Notes: a model not told the origin generated them from the letters alone. Shown: positions 24,395-37,564, counted from the whole stretch's first letter. The stretch: DNA of 63,959 bases, filler included, from Octopus bimaculoides (GCF_001194135.2; 9 parts of 8 records of this genome joined end to end with filler, not necessarily neighbours in it); one strand, 5' to 3'. Translations and numbers: made by a program.

Positions 24395-24750
24395 GGAGTG
24401 GCTGTGTGGTAAGTAGCTTGTTTAGCAACCACATGGTTCAGGGTTCAGTCCCACTGCGTGGCATCTAGGGCAAGTGTCTTCTACTATAGCTTCGGGCCGA
24501 CCAAAGCCTTGTGAGTGGATTTGGTAGACGGAAACTGAAAGAAGTCCGTCGTATATATGTATATATATGTATATGTGTGTTTCTGTGTTTGTCCCCCTAG
24601 CATTGCTTGACAACCGATGCTGGTGTGTTTACGTCCCCGTAACTTAGCGGTTGGGCAAAAGAGACAGATAGAATAAGTACTAGGCTTACAAAGAATAAGT
24701 CCTGGCGTCGATTTCTTCGACTAAAGGTGGTGCTCCAGCATGGCCGCAGT
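24395..24750 (+). mobile_element. SINE family A, near full length
   Basis: Aligns end to end with 16542-16953 until the gap. Confidence 0.92.
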
Positions 24751-25035
24751 NNNNNNNNNNNNNNNNNNNNNNNNNNNNNNNNNNNNNNNNNNNNNNNNNN
24801 NNNNNNNNNNNNNNNNNNNNNNNNNNNNNNNNNNNNNNNNNNNNNNNNNNNNNNNNNNNNNNNNNNNNNNNNNNNNNNNNNNNNNNNNNNNNNNNNNNNN
24901 NNNNNNNNNNNNNNNNNNNNNNNNNNNNNNNNNNNNNNNNNNNNNNNNNNNNNNNNNNNNNNNNNNNNNNNNNNNNNNNNNNNNNNNNNNNNNNNNNNNN
25001 NNNNNNNNNNNNNNNNNNNNNNNNNNNNNNNNNNN

Positions 25036-25076
<41 letters not shown>

Positions 25077-25464
25077 TGTATGTATGTATGTATGTATGTA
25101 TCTATTTATCTTTCTATCTATCGATTCAGAAAAAAAAAGTGTCAAGAGAAACACAGGCCAGATAACTCCATTGAACACTTAACAGTTCTGTGGATGTTAC
25201 ACTATTTCAATGTATCTCCTTGAATGATTTCCGTTTCCCTGTCTGAGGTTTGGAGGTGGAAATACAATTCGTCTTTGACACAGAATAGTGACTATTAGCA
25301 TCTTGTGCTCTTCATCCTGCTGGGAACAGATTGCTCTTAGATTCTCTTCCATAGGTGGACATGTTTGTTTTCATATTCTTCGTTGCTGCCTCGTGTTAAC
25401 TTCATGAATACATTAGCATGTGTTTAAATTCATACATACGTGCATACATACATACATAATACAT

Positions 25465-25523
<59 letters not shown>

Positions 25524-25549
25524 TACATATATATATGTACATACAGGCA

Positions 25550-25598
<49 letters not shown>

Positions 25599-25752
25599 TC
25601 ACGTTTATGTATGGATATATGTTGAATATATCCATACATAAATATAATATATATAATGTTTAGAATAATAAAAAAAACTATACGCATGTAAGTCGTAAGT
25701 TTCATAAGAATACATTTACAGATTGATAATTATATTTGTGCAGGTTTGGCCT

Positions 25753-25831
<79 letters not shown>

Positions 25832-25884
25832 ACATGTGTCTATGCATATATGTGTATATATACATGTACACATACATACTTATA

Positions 25885-26043
25885 TGGAAGGGCATCCTGG
25901 CATTAGGAAGGGCATCCAGCTGTAGAAACTCTGCCAAATCAGATTGGAGCCTGGTGTAGCCATCTGGTTCACCAGTCCTCAGTCAAATCGTCCAACCCAT
26001 GCTAGCATGGAAAGCGGACGTTAAACGATGATGATGATGATGA

Positions 26044-26045
<2 letters not shown>
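25885..26045 (+). mobile_element. SINE family D 3' end
   Basis: ttaggaagggcatccagctgtagaaactctgcc...gcggacgttaaacgatgatgatg. Confidence 0.85.
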
Positions 26046-26092
<47 letters not shown>

Positions 26093-26105
26093 NNNNNNNN
26101 NNNNN

Positions 26106-26142
<37 letters not shown>

Positions 26143-26669
26143 TATATGTGTGCGTGTGTGTGTGTATGTATGTATAAATATATGTATGCATGTATAAATG
26201 TATGTATGTATGTATAAATATCTGTGTATATATATAGATATCAGACTTACAGAAATTCATATATGCATGCATGGTTATATATGTAAGTACATACAGAAAT
26301 GTGTATTTCTATAGGTGTGGTTGTATAAATTAATTTATATATGCAATCAAATACACATATATTTTGTCAGACAAACTCAATCCTCCATGGTGTTATTTCG
26401 ATGGACAAAATGCTTAAGAAAAAATCAAACATATTTGGTGAAGAGATTGCTTTATTTCTTTCTTTCTTGCATTCGTCTGCCATAGGATAAAGGTCACAGA
26501 CAGATAAGTGCTGAAGAAAGGTGACGGGTGAAGGATGTGTCTAAATGCGGTGGGGAATATTGGTGGAAATAGTTGTCTCTAAGATGGTCACTAGTAAGAA
26601 TTGTCAAGAACAAATGGCGCCAAAATATTCTTTGGAGTGATTGTGTCTCTGTGAGTGTGTACAAATATG

Positions 26670-26724
<55 letters not shown>

Positions 26725-26777
26725 ATATACATATATATACATTTTATCATGCACATACATAACTGCATACATATATG

Positions 26778-26838
<61 letters not shown>

Positions 26839-26989
26839 TTAACATGAGCTCGTTTGTAACTTCATATAATTTCATATGTATGTACGTGTGGCTGCAAATG
26901 CAAAAATACCTTTGTAAACAGGTACACACATATTTCTACATAAATATATCTATATTCATATCTATGTGTATTTATTACACACACACACG

Positions 26990-27022
<33 letters not shown>

Positions 27023-27023
27023 G

Positions 27024-27072
<49 letters not shown>

Positions 27073-27324
27073 AGATAGATAGATATAACCATGCATATGT
27101 AAATATATAGAGCGATTTTTTATCAACAGATAGGTCCAGAGTAATCCATAGGCAGGAGAGGTGCAGCCGGAGTGTAGAAAGTCCATAAGAAAGTCCAAAA
27201 GAGTGTAGAATGGTAGAAAGTCCGGTGGAGAAGTTCGGAGGTGATGAGAGGAGACAGGGTCAACTGGTGAGAGCACATGAGCGTGTGATATATATAGGGA
27301 GAATTCACAAAAAAAACAAAACAA

Positions 27325-27500
27325 AGAGATTAAGTCGATTATATCGACCCCAGTGCGTAACTGATACTTAATTTATCGACCCCGAAAGGATTAAAGGCAA
27401 AGTCGACCTCGGCGGAATTTGAACTCAGAACGTAACTGCAGACTAAATACTGCTAAGCATTTCGCCCGACGGGCTAACGTTTCTGCCAGCTCGCCACCTT
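27325..27500 (-). mobile_element. SINE family B
   Basis: gattaagtcgattatatcgaccccagtgcg...ctgccagctcgccacct. Confidence 0.9.
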
Positions 27501-27862
27501 CCGACGAAAAAATATTGACACAGCGTATGCATTGAAGTAGTGTATAATATTTCATGAAAACCTTTTCGTCCAATTTGGCAGAGCAAATGAGAACATTAAA
27601 ATTTTTGTCGGCGCCCTGTTGATGCTTCATGTTACCATCCCGTTCACCACCGAGCCATGTGCGTGTGTGGGGGGCTCGGCAAAAGCACAACAAACCCATT
27701 CATCCATTCTCCAGACGTGCCCTGTTGATGTTTCACGTTTCCATTCCTTCGCAACGCCGCATGGTCTGGAAGCATGTCTGCTTTCTATGTCTTCCATGTC
27801 TGCAACCTATAATGCAAAATGTTCATACAAAAAAAAAGAAAAAACGGCGAGTATTACTGCTA

Positions 27863-27901
<39 letters not shown>

Positions 27902-27989
27902 TGTGTGTGTGTGTGTGTATGTGTGTGTGTGTGTATGTGTGTGTGTGTGTGTGTGACCTTGGCATCGACATGAGGTGCACATTACAAAC

Positions 27990-28630
27990 TTAGCAATAAA
28001 ATGCAGACGCTTGGCTAGATGGATCCGTTGAACTTACAAAATAAGAGAAAAAGAAGCCGTGATGGTTCTCTGGAGGACTTTCATTCTCAGCTGTCTGGAT
28101 TACTTCTCCCAGCTGTGGTCACCAAACCATGTAAAATTAATGACGGAACTTGAGGTGGTCCAGCGAAACTATATGAAGAAGATTGACACAATGTGGCATA
28201 TCAGCTACAGGGAATGACTGAAAGAGTTAAGACTCTACTCCTTGGACCGAAGGCAGGAAAAATATGCAGTAATGTACATCAGGAAAATCTTAGAAAAACT
28301 TGTGCCAAACTTTGGCATTGTTAGTTACATAAACAACAGGAGAGGGCGCCACTGCATTGTACTAAGAATCTAAACATTGCTATCAGGATTGGGTTTCAGA
28401 GGCCAACAGTTCTTCAACATCATCCCACAAGGCCTAAGAGACCTGAACGGCGTGGATGTAGGTTTATTCAAAACGAAACTGGATCTCTTTCTGTCAAGAC
28501 TTCTGGATGAATCTTCCTCAAGGTAAAAAACACACAGATGAGGGCAGCAACGTCAAACTCCCTCATCCACTAAATATCACACATCAGAAGAAATTTACTG
28601 AAAGTGCAGCGAAGTAAACGATGGCGCCCC
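27990..28630 (+). mobile_element. CR1-group LINE 3' fragment
   Basis: RLARWIR*TYKIREKEAVMVLWRTFILSCLDYFSQLWSP...VVQRNYMKKI...LKELRLYSLDRRQEKY...FFNIIPQGLRDL..FKTKLDLFL, followed by the RAATSNSL-type 3' end. Confidence 0.85.
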
Positions 28631-28683
28631 AACATGGCCACAAAATGGTAAAATCAGAACGTTTCATTGTTCATTTATATGAA

Positions 28684-28847
28684 TGGCGCAGGAGTGGTTG
28701 TGTGGTAAGTAGCTTGCTTACCATCCACACGGTTCGATATTCAGTTCCACTGCGTGGCACCTAGGGCTAGTGTCTTCTACTATAGTCTTGGGCCGACCAA
28801 AGCCTTGTGAGTGGATTTGGTAGATGGAAACTGAAAGAAGCCCGTCG

Positions 28848-28884
<37 letters not shown>

Positions 28885-29074
28885 GTATGTATATAAGTGT
28901 GTGTGTTTGTGTATTTGTGTTTGTCCCCGCCAACATCGCTTGATAACCGATGTTGGTGTGTTTATGTCCCCGTAACTTAGCAGTTCGGCAAAAAACTGAT
29001 AGAATAAGTACTACGCTTACAAAGAATAAGTCCTGGGATCGATTGCTCGACTAAAGACGGTGCTCCAGCATGGC
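28684..29074 (+). mobile_element. SINE family A
   Basis: ggcgcaggagtggttgtgtggtaag...gtgctccagcatggc up to the gap. Confidence 0.92.
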
Positions 29075-29681
29075 NNNNNNNNNNNNNNNNNNNNNNNNNN
29101 NNNNNNNNNNNNNNNNNNNNNNNNNNNNNNNNNNNNNNNNNNNNNNNNNNNNNNNNNNNNNNNNNNNNNNNNNNNNNNNNNNNNNNNNNNNNNNNNNNNN
29201 NNNNNNNNNNNNNNNNNNNNNNNNNNNNNNNNNNNNNNNNNNNNNNNNNNNNNNNNNNNNNNNNNNNNNNNNNNNNNNNNNNNNNNNNNNNNNNNNNNNN
29301 NNNNNNNNNNNNNNNNNNNNNNNNNNNNNNNNNNNNNNNNNAGGGGTTGGGGAAAGAAAGAAAGAAAGGAAAGGGGGCAAGAAAAATAAACCTAGAGAGA
29401 GAGGTTTCAGGACAATCACGAAAGAGGAAAAATAATGAAGGATGGAGGAAAGGATAGATAGATAAATAGATAGACAGGCAGACGGCAAACAGACTGATAG
29501 ACAGATAGTCAGAGAGATAGATAGATAGAGAGAGAAAGAGAGAAAGGGGGGAGTGAAAGGGAGAGAGAGAGAGAGAGAGGTTTCTTCTCAGTTTGATGTG
29601 GTCAACCCATTGAAATTTTATTACAAAGCATTTTTCTTTTTTCTTTTCTTTCTTTTTCTTTTTTTCCCCTTTTTTCCTTTC

Positions 29682-31241
29682 CCATTGTATACCTACCAAC
29701 CTATTCGTAAATAAATACATTTTCTCACAAGGGCTGTGACCTTTCAAGATGTCAGTTTTAGGAAGTAGGGTGGGAAAGACAAGAAAAGAGGGGGAGGGCG
29801 CGATCATCACTGAAAAATAAAAAAAAAGTGTTCAAAGTGTTATGAAAATATATATTCCTTTACACTTGTATCGTCAAATCCCATATTCTGTGTAATTCCA
29901 TGTTTTGTTTCAACATTTCTGAATATGGCGCCAATGTTAATAACGTGATACTCATCTCTATGAGCGATCAGATATATATATATAGAACATTGAGATTTTG
30001 ACAACTATTGTTCTCATAAAACTTACATGTACTCGAGAAAGAATACTAGAATCATTTTACCACTGATTAAGAAAAATATCTAATGTAGCTAATTGGCAAA
30101 GTAATTCATGAAAAAAGATCTCTTTTGAATTCTCTTATCTAAGGAAATAAGAAAAAAATATAAGAAAAATAAATTCTACAAAAGAATGAAAGATACTTAA
30201 AAATATATTTAAGTATGTCCAGCTTTATTATATAATTTATATCCTACGGAATGGTTTCCAGTGAAATATACAATATACAGGTTATTACAAAAATCACTAA
30301 TGATGTTTGATTAAATGTACACGGAGAATAGATTGAATTATAAACAGTATCATCATCATCCTCGTCTTCATCATCATAATTTAATGCCTGCTTTTCATAC
30401 TGGCATGGGTTGGACGGTTTGACTGAAAATCGGTAAGCCAGGAAGCTGCACCAGGTTTCGATCCGATCTGGCAATATTTCTACAGCTGGATGCAAGTCCG
30501 ATGTAAGGAATCAACAGCCTCAAAGAGTGTAGTGGATGTTTTTTTTTACGTGCCACTGGCATGGGTACCAATAACCTGACACCGGCATCGGCCACGACTA
30601 TGGTCTCACTTGGCTTGACACATCTACACAAGCACGGTATACAGCCAAAGGTCTTGGTCAGTTGTCATTGCCTCCATGAGGTCCAACGATCAAATAGTGC
30701 TTTTTTACGTGTCACCAGCACGGGTGCCAGTCAGACGGCACTGGCATCGGCAACGACTACAATTTCACTCAGTTCGACAGGTGCAGCATATCGTCCAATA
30801 ATTGAAGGGTGCTTTTAACGGGCGAATTACACGACACTGGCATCGGGCACGATTGCCATCTCACTTGGATTGCGGCATCGACCATGACTACGATCTCACT
30901 TGGCTTGATGGGTCTTCTCAAGCATGGTATATTTCTAAATACCAAACTCAATTTTCTTTATATTCTGACTGTATTTTCCTAATTTATGGATATTGTACAA
31001 ATATTTAATGTTTGTTCGTGCAAAATATAGAATTACACAGAATATGGAACTTCACTAGGGATGAGTAAAGGAATATACATTTTCATAGAACTTTGAACCT
31101 CTTTTTATTTGTCAGTGATGACCGCACCCCACCTCTTTTCTTGACTTTCCCATCCTACTTTCTAAAATTGACATCTTGAAAGGTCACAGCCCTTGTGAGA
31201 AAATGTATTTATTTACAAATAGGTTGATAGGTATACAATGG
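29682..31241. mobile_element. Putative non-autonomous element with long (~235 bp) inverted arms
   Basis: 29682-~29917 is the reverse complement of ~31007-31241 (e.g. ttctcacaagggctgtgacctttcaagatgtca / tgacatcttgaaaggtcacagcccttgtgagaa). The right end abuts a gap. Confidence 0.6.
30348..30925 (-). mobile_element. SINE family D variant inserted between the long inverted arms
   Basis: (CAT)n, gcttttcatactggcatgggttggacgg, ctacagctggatgc, then repeated ggcatcggccacgacta..tctcacttggcttga units. Confidence 0.75.
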
Positions 31242-31677
31242 NNNNNNNNNNNNNNNNNNNNNNNNNNNNNNNNNNNNNNNNNNNNNNNNNNNNNNNNNNN
31301 NNNNNNNNNNNNNNNNNNNNNNNNNNNNNNNNNNNNNNNNNNNNNNNNNNNNNNNNNNNNNNNNNNNNNNNNNNNNNNNNNNNNNNNNNNNNNNNNNNNN
31401 NNNNNNNNNNNNNNNNNNNNNNNNNNNNNNNNNNNNNNNNNNNNNNNNNNNNNNNNNNNNNNNNNNNNNNNNNNNNNNNNNNNNNNNNNNNNNNNNNNNN
31501 NNNNNNNNNNNNNNNNNNNNNNNNNNNNNNNNNNNNNNNNNNNNNNNNNNNNNNNNNNNNNNNNNNNNNNNNNNNNNNNNNNNNNNNNNNNNNNNNNNNN
31601 NNNNNNNNNNNNNNNNNNNNNNNNNNNNNNNNNNNNNNNNNNNNNNNNNNNNNNNNNNNNNNNNNNNNNNNNNNNNN

Positions 31678-31733
<56 letters not shown>

Positions 31734-32251
31734 TCTATCATACATACTTATATAGATCTGTGAGTACATATATATTATCATCCTCATCTCATGTCCGTTT
31801 TCCATGCTGGCATGGGTTGCATATGTATATAAATATATATGTATGTATACATGCTGGTCTACATATATTGTCTCATTATGTTATACCCTGGGGCTCCCTC
31901 TTAATAAAACATTGTTAGCAACTAAGAAAAAGGAACTCATTACAATAGATACAAGCTGAATAAGTTTTATTAAAAATGAACAATCGAACAATACTTATGT
32001 TATTGCACTCTGCAGATGTACAGAGAAACTCCGAATGACCTGTCCGTGTTTCCTTTGTATCGTCTATCTGGATGTTTTGTCCCTTTCTTCTAACCTAACT
32101 GTCTGGATGTTTGCGTTCTAGTCCCATTCTGTATTATATATATATATATATNNNNNNNNNNNNNNNNNNNNNNNNNNNNNNNNNNNNNNNNNNNNTTAAT
32201 TAATTAANNNNNNNNNNNNNNNNNNNNNNNNNNNNNNNNNNNNNNNNNNNN

Positions 32252-32525
32252 AAATACAAACAAGAAATCATACTACCTAATAAAGAAGAAGAAGAAGAAG
32301 AAACAAAAGCTATAAAACAAATGAAATCCAAACTAAAACTAGAACAGCAAAGGACCATGATAAAACGATGGCAAGAAAAGCCCCTACATGGTAAATACTG
32401 GGCTAAACTAAATGCAAAAGAAATAGACAGAGAAAAATCCCAGCAACGGTTGAGAAGCTCAGGACTCAAAGCAGAGACTGAAGGATTTTTAATTGCTGCA
32501 CAAGACCAAAGCCTCCTCACCAGAG
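32252..32525 (+). mobile_element. R4/Dong-clade non-LTR retrotransposon fragment (post-RT region)
   Basis: Open frame KRWQEKPLHGKYW...IDREKSQQRLRSSGLKAETEGFLIAAQDQSLLTR matches the R4/Dong/Rex6 W..K.LHG.Y...ETEG..IA.QDQ signature. Confidence 0.8.
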
Positions 32526-33094
32526 ACAAGGTTGGGAGGGCCAAGTGAGTGAATAAGTCTGATCTGTGCAGGCATGGAAAAGTGGACAGTAAAATGATGA
32601 CAATGATGATAATGATAATCATGATGACAATGATGATGATGATGAGGATGATCATGAAGATGATGCATGCTACTAATAAATAAACACAGAAGAATAGTAA
32701 CTGTTACAATCTGATCAAGTTCATCTCACTGACCTTCACTGTGGCCAATCAGCTAAGGGGAAAACATTGACCTTATTTGGAAACAGGTGAGGGTTGGCGA
32801 AGGAAGGGCATCCAATTGCAGAAAATCTGCCTCAAGAAATTTTGTTTGACCAATGCTAGCGTGGAAAAAGTAAACATTAAAACGATGCTGCTAATTATGA
32901 TGATGATGATGAGTGATTGAACAGAATGTGTGGTGTAAAACATTAAGGTTTTAAATCTTAATATACGATTGCCCTGCAAAATAGTTTCTATTTATTAGAA
33001 TCCAGCAATACTAGCTGTGATGGCCAAAATGACAGCATGACCACCTAATCAGCTCTGAATTTCTTTGGTCATTGATTGTTGTTGTTGTTGTTGT

Positions 33095-33368
33095 TGGCAC
33101 TCTGTCGCTTACGACGTCGAGGGTTCCAGTTGATCCGACCAACAGAACAGCCTGCTCGTGAAATTAACGTGCAAGTGGCTGAGCACTCCACAGACACATG
33201 TATCCTTAAATTAGTTCTCGGGGATATTCAGCATGACACAGTGTGACAAGGCTGACCCTTTGAATTACAGGCACAACAGAAACAGGAAGTAAAAGTGAGA
33301 GAAAGTTGTGGTGAAAGAGTACAGTAGGGTTCGCCACCATCCCCTGCCGGAGCCTCGTGAAGCTTTAG
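33095..33368 (-). mobile_element. SINE family C with (AAC)n tail
   Basis: Reverse complement of 55320-55592. (GTT)n at 33078-33096. Confidence 0.9.
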
Positions 33369-33900
33369 GNNNNNNNNNNNNNNNNNNNNNNNNNNNNNNN
33401 NNNNNNNNNNNNNNNNNNNNNNNNNNNNNNNNNNNNNNNNNNNNNNNNNNNNNNNNNNNNNNNNNNNNNNNNNNNNNNNNNNNNNNNNNNNNNNNNNNNN
33501 NNNNNNNNNNNNNNNNNNNNNNNNNNNNNNNNNNNNNNNNNNNNNNNNNNNNNNNNNNNNNNNNNNNNNNNNNNNNNNNNNNNNNNNNNNNNNNNNNNNN
33601 NNNNNNNNNNNNNNNNNNNNNNNNNNNNNNNNNNNNNNNNNNNNNNNNNNNNNNNNNNNNNNNNNNNNNNNNNNNNNNNNNNNNNNNNNNNNNNNNNNNN
33701 NNNNNNNNNNNNNNNNNNNNNNNNNNNNNNNNNNNNNNNNNNNNNNNNNNNNNNNNNNNNNNNNNNNNNNNNNNNNNNNNNNNNNNNNNNNNNNNNNNNN
33801 NNNNNNNNNNNNNNNNNNNNNNNNNNNNNNNNNNNNNNNNNNNNNNNNNNNNNNNNNNNNNNNNNNNNNNNNNNNNNNNNNNNNNNNNNNNNNNNNNNNN

Positions 33901-34215
33901 NCTACTATAACCTCAGGCCGACCAAAGCCTTGTGAATGGATTTGGTAGACGGAAACAGAAAGAAGCCTGTCGTATATATGTATATGTATATATATATGTG
34001 TGTTTGTGTGTCTTTGTTTGTCCCCCCAACATCGCTTGACAACCGATGCTGGTGTGTTTATGTTCCCGTAACTTAGCGGTTTGGCAAAAGAAACCGATAG
34101 AATAAGTACTAGGCTTCCAAAGAATAAGTCCTGGGGTTGATTTGCTCAACTAAAGGCGGTGCTCCAGCAAGGTCGCAGTCAAATGACTGAAACAAGTAAA
34201 AGAGTAAAAGAGTAA
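33901..34215 (+). mobile_element. SINE family A (5' end in gap)
   Basis: ctactataacctcaggccgaccaaagcc...aagtaaaagagtaaaagag. Confidence 0.9.
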
Positions 34216-34524
34216 ACTCAGAGATAGACCTGAAGCAGACCTAGAGTAGGAGAGAACATGTCATTGATGAAGTCATGAATGGCAGCAAAAGGACTTTGAC
34301 ATACTTATCTGATAGATTGACTGACTGAATGATGAATCGAACAATTTGTAAGTTAATTGGTTAGATAAAAAAAAAACCCAAATGACATAGAAATAATAAA
34401 GAATTGAAATAGAACCTGTGCATGTGTTTAATATTGGCATAACGACCCTCCCAAGATACAACAAAATAGGTTGTTTTTGTATCAAACTAGAATGCCATCT
34501 TTATTTTTCATCACTCAACTCTTT

Positions 34525-34810
34525 AGTATCCAGGGGCTGTGTACTGTGTTCTTGAGCAAGACACTTTATTTCACGTTGCTCCAGTTCATTCAGCTGTAGA
34601 AATGAGTTGCGACGTCACTGATGCCAAGTTGTATCAGCCCTTGCCTTTCCCTTGGTTAACATCGGTGATGTAAATAGGGGAGGCTGGTATACATGGGTGA
34701 CTGCTGGTCTTCCACAATCTTGCTTGGACTTGTGCTTTGGAGGGGAACTTTCAAGTTACAATCACACGGTCGTTCATAATCGAAGGGGGTCTTTACTCTT
34801 TACTCTATCA
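34525..34810 (+). mobile_element. SINE family E body
   Basis: tgttcttgagcaagacactttatttcacgttgctccagt (CORE-like) shared with 12620-12660 in reverse. Confidence 0.6.
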
Positions 34811-34924
34811 AATGTAAGGCTTATTTATACAGCCTGGTGCAGCCTCCTGGCTTCCCAGACCCCGGTCGAACCGTCCAACCCATGCTAGCATGGAAAACAG
34901 ACGTTAAAAGATGATGATTGCTTT

Positions 34925-35091
34925 GCAGTAATCATGCATTATCTCACAGCATTAATATTTTGATGGTGTGATGCTTTACTTTTAGAATGACATTGTATGG
35001 TAGGTGTGAGAGGCTGGATCCGGTTGGTTTGAACATAAAACAGGAAGAATATTTGGACTGGATTTGGCCAGTTTAAATGCTAAAGGGTTAA
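34925..35091. mobile_element. piggyBac-like MITE, partial
   Basis: Ends in gctaaagggTTAA. The interior is the reverse complement of the 61416-61641 copy. Confidence 0.6.
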
Positions 35092-35215
35092 TGAAGAAGA
35101 AACACTGGATGCCTTTCTGAAGACCTCCCTCATCTAATACAGAACCAAGATGGATGGTGTGTGCAAGTTAAAAATGTCCGAGCAAGCTCAACCAGATGAT
35201 GATGATGATGATGAA
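35092..35215 (+). mobile_element. RTE LINE 3' end with (GAT)n tail
   Basis: RRNTGCLSEDLPHLIQNQDGWCVQVKNVRASSTR followed by gatgatgat, a typical RTE C-terminus. Confidence 0.55.
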
Positions 35216-35443
35216 TGAAGAAAAAGGAAATGCTCATGACTTTTTACAAAGCCTTCTAAGCTGGTAGAAGTGTCAGGGTATTGGGAAGTGAGGTGACTGC
35301 ATGAAATGACAGGGACTTACGAGGTTTGGCAGGGCAGGGGCAACAAGATGTGATCCTTGCATGTCCAGGTTTGTCTTCCATTAACAGTATTTTAATTTAA
35401 AGTCTCCTGTCTAAACTTCAATTTTAAATATAACTATATATAT

Positions 35444-35478
<35 letters not shown>

Positions 35479-35579
35479 NNNNNNNNNNNNNNNNNNNNNN
35501 NNNNNNNNNNNNNNNNNNNNNNTTAATTAATTAANNNNNNNNNNNNNNNNNNNNNNNNNNNNNNNNNNNNNNNNNNNNA

Positions 35580-35994
35580 CTCCACCCATGCCTTCCCCAC
35601 CTCCCAACACCCTCACATCACACCAAGCACACACTACAACTGACCAACTCCTTTCTCCCCTCCCCATTTTCACACATGCATATGTCAAGATCACCAGCAT
35701 TCTCTCTCTCTCGCACACACACACACAGCTCCTTGTCTTCGATCACCGTTCTTTCTCCCTCTTTGTTATCTCCCCCTTTTCTTAGCTCTCCTGTGTAAAC
35801 TTTCTAACTTCCGGTCAACAGAAGCCATGACAGTAGTCATGATAGATCGTTGACCAAACACCATTCGATTTTTTTTCTCCGTGTTTTTCTCCTTGTTTTC
35901 TCCGTATTCTTTCTGTTGAAGAGCGTAGCTCGAAACGTTAAAGACTTTCCGTATTCCCGAGCGTCATACTAATACATCCTTTTGTTGTTTACAC
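35580..35994 (+). mobile_element. Penelope-like element 3' or pseudo-LTR region
   Basis: C/T-rich coding remnant followed by a tgaagag...cgaaacgtt hammerhead-type motif, as PLE pseudo-LTRs typically carry. Bounded by gaps. Confidence 0.5.
35908..35944 (+). ncRNA. Minimal type-I hammerhead-like ribozyme with variant core
   Basis: TCTTT-CTGTTGA-A-GAGC/GTA/GCTC-GAAAC-GTT-AAAGA: helix I 5 bp, helix II 4 bp, palindromic ACGT helix III. The core is CUGUUGA instead of CUGANGA. Confidence 0.5.
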
Positions 35995-36020
35995 NNNNNN
36001 NNNNTATATATATATATATA

Positions 36021-37258
36021 TATTAGGTTGTCTGGAAAGTTCTGAGCATTATTTTAATTTGCAAAAAGGGATATAAATAATTGACCTCTCAATAAATTTT
36101 ATTCAATGAAATAATTTCCATAACTATAAATGACCTTTGCCCATCTATCAGGCAACTGAAATATTCCATCAGCATAAAATTTGACTAGTTTTGAAGAAAA
36201 AAGTTATCTAGATACATTTTGACTCCATCTAGATTGTTAAATGTTTTCTCTTGCAATGAGTTCTGTAGAGATAAAAAGGTGGTAGCCGGATGGCACAATA
36301 TCAAGAGAATATGGTGGATGGGCTAAGAGATCCCAGCCAAGTTCATGTAACTTTGTTCAGGTAGCAATAAGACACATGTGGTCAGGAATTGTCTTGTTGG
36401 AAGATTACCTCTTTCCTGTTGGCAATCTCTGGCCCCAATTCTTTGATTTTTTTGGTTCAAATTAGCCAGCTGACAACAGTACACATCAGAATTAATGGTC
36501 TAGTTTTGTGGGAGTAGCTCATAATACATAATGCCTTTATGATCCCACTAAACACAAAGCATAGCTTTTTTGGCACATTCATCTTTGGTTGCTGTTGTAG
36601 GGGATCTTTATGCAAACTCCAGAACCTTTTTCACCCTACTTTTTTGTACACAATCTGTTTCTCATCTCCAGTCACAAGTTTGTTTCAAAAAAAGCTATGC
36701 TTTCATTCCGTTTCAAAAGCATATCACAAACAGAATACCGATCCAAGCAATTCTTTCCTGAGAGTTTGTGAAGAACCCATACATTATAGCGAGAAATGTA
36801 TCCTAGCTTCACTAGGTGTTCACGAGCCATACTTTTAGAAACTTCCAGCTCCTCTGCAAGTTCTCTAGTTGTGATATTTGAGTTTTCTTCAATTTTTGCC
36901 TTCAAAACATTTTCATCCAATTTTGAAGGTCTTCAACTGTGATTGTCATCTTCCAAGCTAAACTCTTCAGTTTTAAATTTTGCAAACCGCCTTCAAACGG
37001 TTGATCCATCTAGAGCATCATTACCATAAACTTTACAAATGTTTTTAGAAAAACATTACAACATGAATATGAAATTTTTGGCTATCCATTTCAAATGTTA
37101 ATAAAGGGTAACCAGAATGAAAGATAAATCTAGTTTCTGTCAAAAACAAAGAAGAGATGCACTACCACTTCAAGCAACAGCAAAGTTTTAACTGTGTCAC
37201 GTTAAAACATTAAATGATTTAGCTTAAAAACACTCAGAATTTTCCAGACAACCTAACA
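36021..37258 (-). mobile_element. Near full-length mariner fossil
   Basis: TIRs ttaggttgtctggaaagttctgag / ctcagaattttccagacaacctaa. Minus ORF ..ITTRELAEELEVSKS..EHLVKLGYISRYNVWVLHKL...CDMLLKRN. Stops and frameshifts elsewhere. Confidence 0.92.
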
Positions 37259-37267
37259 TATATATAT

Positions 37268-37430
37268 ATGAAATGGGCTTCTGACAGTTTCCATCTGTCT
37301 AATCCACTCACAAAGCTTTGTCAGCCCAAAACTATAGTAGAAAACACTTACCTAAGGTGTCATACAGTAGGACTAAACCCAGAACCATGTGGTTGGGAAG
37401 CAAGCTTCTTAACCATACAGCAATGCCATT
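37268..37430 (-). mobile_element. SINE family A 5' half
   Basis: gggcttctgacagtttccatctgtctaatccactcacaaagc...ggaagcaagcttcttaacc. Confidence 0.8.
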
Positions 37431-37486
37431 CTTTTCATGTGCATATGTACATATATATACATATACACATGTATTGATATCATGTT

Positions 37487-37564
<78 letters not shown>

